Below, piece after piece: positions 61,141 to 64,000 of a stretch of DNA of 64,000 bases; positions within the stretch are counted from its first letter, which is position 1, and every line of letters starts with the position of its first letter. A program made the translations under genes and the position numbers. Under the pieces are notes generated by a model. That model made no database searches, was not told the origin of the DNA, and worked only from the letters and a program-made list of their open reading frames with translations. This DNA comes from Chiloscyllium plagiosum (taxonomy: Eukaryota): positions 12,149,650-12,213,649 of the forward strand of contig NC_057749.1 of NCBI RefSeq assembly GCF_004010195.1, given 5' to 3'.

Positions 61141-64000
61141 ACTGCCTTTTACACAACTAATAGTCTTTATTCGGTGCTAAAGCTATTTAATACCCTTCAA
61201 TGCAGATAAATAAAAGACAAGGGGGAAACTCAGTAGGAGGAGTACGAAATAAACAAAAATAGATGCAAAATTCAACACCTTCCTTAACATAAGTGTAAAC
61301 TTAGTCGTGCCACAGGTGCAATTCACTGACATTTTTGTTTGGCTGAGTTGGAAAAATGCCACATTTACAAGGTAATAACACTGAAGTAGATATTGCAGTA
61401 CTTACTCAGGCTGCTACTGTTTGAAAGAAACCTTGGCCATAATTTGTCTATCCCCAGCTATGAAAGTTGTTGGGATTTCTGATATGACTCTGTTGTGAGC
61501 TACACAATTAGAAACCTAGAAAGAGAAATATGATATTTAGTACCTTCGAGCTATTCCACTATGATACCTGTGATCTAACTCCATATGCCTGCTTTTACCT
61601 CATATTCCTTAATACCTTTTGCGAAATAAAATTCATCTCACATTTAAAATCAACAGTTGATCTAACATCAATTGCCACATATTAAGAGTTTAAACTTTTA
61701 TCATCATTAAAGTGAAAATGTTTATTTCCTAATATGACTCCAGATACGTCTGGCTCTAATTTTTACACTGTATCCCTGAACACTCAACTTTCTAGCGAGT
61801 GGAAAAGTTGGATTCTCCATTAAACCCACCTATTCTTCTCAATATCTTGAAAGCTTTGATCAATTAACCCATTACCCTTCTAAATTTCATGTTCCTTCCT
61901 ATTTTCCTTTGCAGTGTTTGATAGGCTCTGTCCGTGGTCCATTTGAGATTGCCACATGGCTGAAAATCTAAGAATTACACACAGCCAGACTGTTCCCTTC
62001 ATGATAAATGTGTGGATAATACAGAATGTAAGACATAATACCAAATACAATCAATCAGAGGGCGTGTCATCTCTCATGACTAACCCTTGGAACCCAAGGA
62101 ATATTCCGGCAAAGTCACACCATCCTCCCTTCAACACTAATACACTAAGTCTTGATTTTATGTTGTTTTCTTTTAATGTGCCTATATTGTAATTTATATT
62201 TCAAGTCTTGTTTTAAAACTGTTTCACATTAGTCTGGCATAGGGCCACATGATCTGATTGATGTCATTTTAAAATGGCCCCTCCTGCACGTTGACCCTAT
62301 GTCACATTGCCAACCCTCCATGGTCACAGCCTCTGCTTCTCACTAACACTCCCTCTTATCAAACCTCCTATGCCCCAATTCCTTCTCTTGGAATTCCTTC
62401 CACCTGACATTTTCTTCTCTTGAAGCTTCACTATAAGCAGGGGTTCTGGACAGGAACGGCAAGAGTCAGGTAGAGCAGCTTAGACCTGGAGACAGCAGCA
62501 AGAGGGAGAGGCCATGAGTCTATCTAGTCAGCAGTGAGAGCAAGGGCCAAGGAATAGCAGATGGTCACAGAAAGAAAAGTGGCATCTAGGAGTTGGAGGT
62601 GTGTTCTGGTGGTTACAGCAAGCAAAAGTGAAGTTGAAAGTGACCACGTTCCTTTAATATTTATCAATTATTTTAAAAGTTTTTCATTTACCAATATTAA
62701 GTGATTCAATTTTCAGGATATAGAGTTTATGGAGTTTTTTTTCTAACAACGTAGGTCCGAAAGAACATAACTACAGCTCTTACATTTTTTCTAACGAAGG
62801 AATCTGATTCACTTAAAATCAATTAACTTTAAGTTTAACTTGTGCAACCATAACTTCAATTGAGGATTCACTATATGTCCTTCCCAAGGTGTGATGGCCA
62901 GCACAATTTTCAGTATTTCAGAAGTAGTTTAATTAGGGCTTCATATATTTGTAGTAGAAGGTTTATTCTTTTGTATTCTAATGCTCTATGTAAAACAGAA
63001 TACATTCCCTCAGCCTTCGGCTAATTTATAATGCAATACATGACATTTTAACAATACATGCACTTGTACATTCTGATTTGATCCATTCAATAGCAGTTTC
63101 CAATGAACAATAAAGGCAGAGAAAGGATGGGACATCTAACTCCTGCTACAAGTGTCAAATCTGAAATCTGCATAGATAAAAATGTTTAGGAAAAATCACG
63201 AGAAGCCAAAGAATTGTCTGATTACTATCAAATTAGGACACATGTTACCTAGCCAGTGTCTGAAGCTCATGTACCAAAGCCAAAAAAAGCAGTCTCAAAA
63301 GATAAAATATTGTGTTTGTAGGAAACGGAGACATAAAAGGGAAGGTATTAGTCTTATCGTTTAATTCATTTAGATTCTGTCCTTCTCTCCTCATATTTAC
63401 CCAATAGTCCTTGTTGTTCTCACCCATCTAAATTTTCAGGAAGGATATTACATCAATTTTTGTACATGGCTACAATTCTATTAATCTTTTTGTTTATTTA
63501 TTGTCAATGTTTGGCCAGGACCTGCAGGTTGTACTGCTTTGCTGCTATGGTGGTGTACACAATATTATAAAATAAACCATCTAGTGAGCACATTTCACTA
63601 TTGAATTCTGTAGTGGTATAAACAAACTGGAAAACTCAGGAACCAGAGTGGAATAAATCCTATATAAAAAGAGATAACTAAATTCTGCAGAATTAAATTG
63701 ACACCATCCACAAAACCTGTGTTTCCAGAGAAGGACATTGTCATGGCTAGAGACCTCATGTGAAATGACCTCAACAGACATATCAAGAACAAATAAGGAC
63801 AAAATTTTGTTTTCTAAGGAACTAAATTCAAGATCCATTGGAAGGATCAGATTTCATTGCAATTTGATAAACAGGTTTCATTGCAATTTGATCAAGTCAG
63901 AGGGAGGGTAATTCATGCTGTAGCAATTGAGCTCAGTCTCAGTCATAGAAAATGTTAAAAAATTCTCCAGAACCAGACAGCATCAAACCCTAAAAGACCG

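Noticed and set aside
63852..63892. Short direct repeats (also 59598-59625, 30535-30590, 44870-44890) as CRISPR-like or regulatory arrays
   Set aside because: These are two-copy local slippage duplications in eukaryotic DNA, with no array or associated genes.

Overview
Eukaryotic (vertebrate) genomic DNA, most likely from a cartilaginous fish (shark), inferred from HE1-type tRNA SINEs, a Deu-domain SINE and dense CR1-type LINEs. The only host gene I can support is OTUD7A (Cezanne-2 deubiquitinase) on the minus strand. Three coding exons (35045-35199, 23575-23745, 19201-19419) have canonical GT-AG sites and phase-1 introns; the catalytic OTU exons are not in the window and presumably lie before position 1. 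Nearly everything else is intronic or upstream transposon debris, heavily nested: many CR1 LINE copies, three Tx1/L1-clade remnants, an ancient Gypsy LTR element with both LTRs, one Tc1/pogo-type MITE, SINEs and Penelope-like elements (PLEs). Most interesting: (1) at least three families of PLE termini carry minimal hammerhead-ribozyme motifs (CUGANGA-N-helix II-GAAA-palindrome-UH) and have inserted as 80-400 bp units with 8-16 bp target duplications, often as fold-backs or inversions that pivot at the ribozyme; (2) the OTUD7A position that aligns with the mammalian Met1 is a CTG preceded by an in-frame stop and flanked by two tiny uORFs; (3) a Tx1 element has intact target duplications but its RT region is replaced by 2.3 kb of unrelated old DNA. 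All family assignments come from motif recognition by eye; no database search was run, and repeat boundaries are approximate unless a target duplication is quoted.
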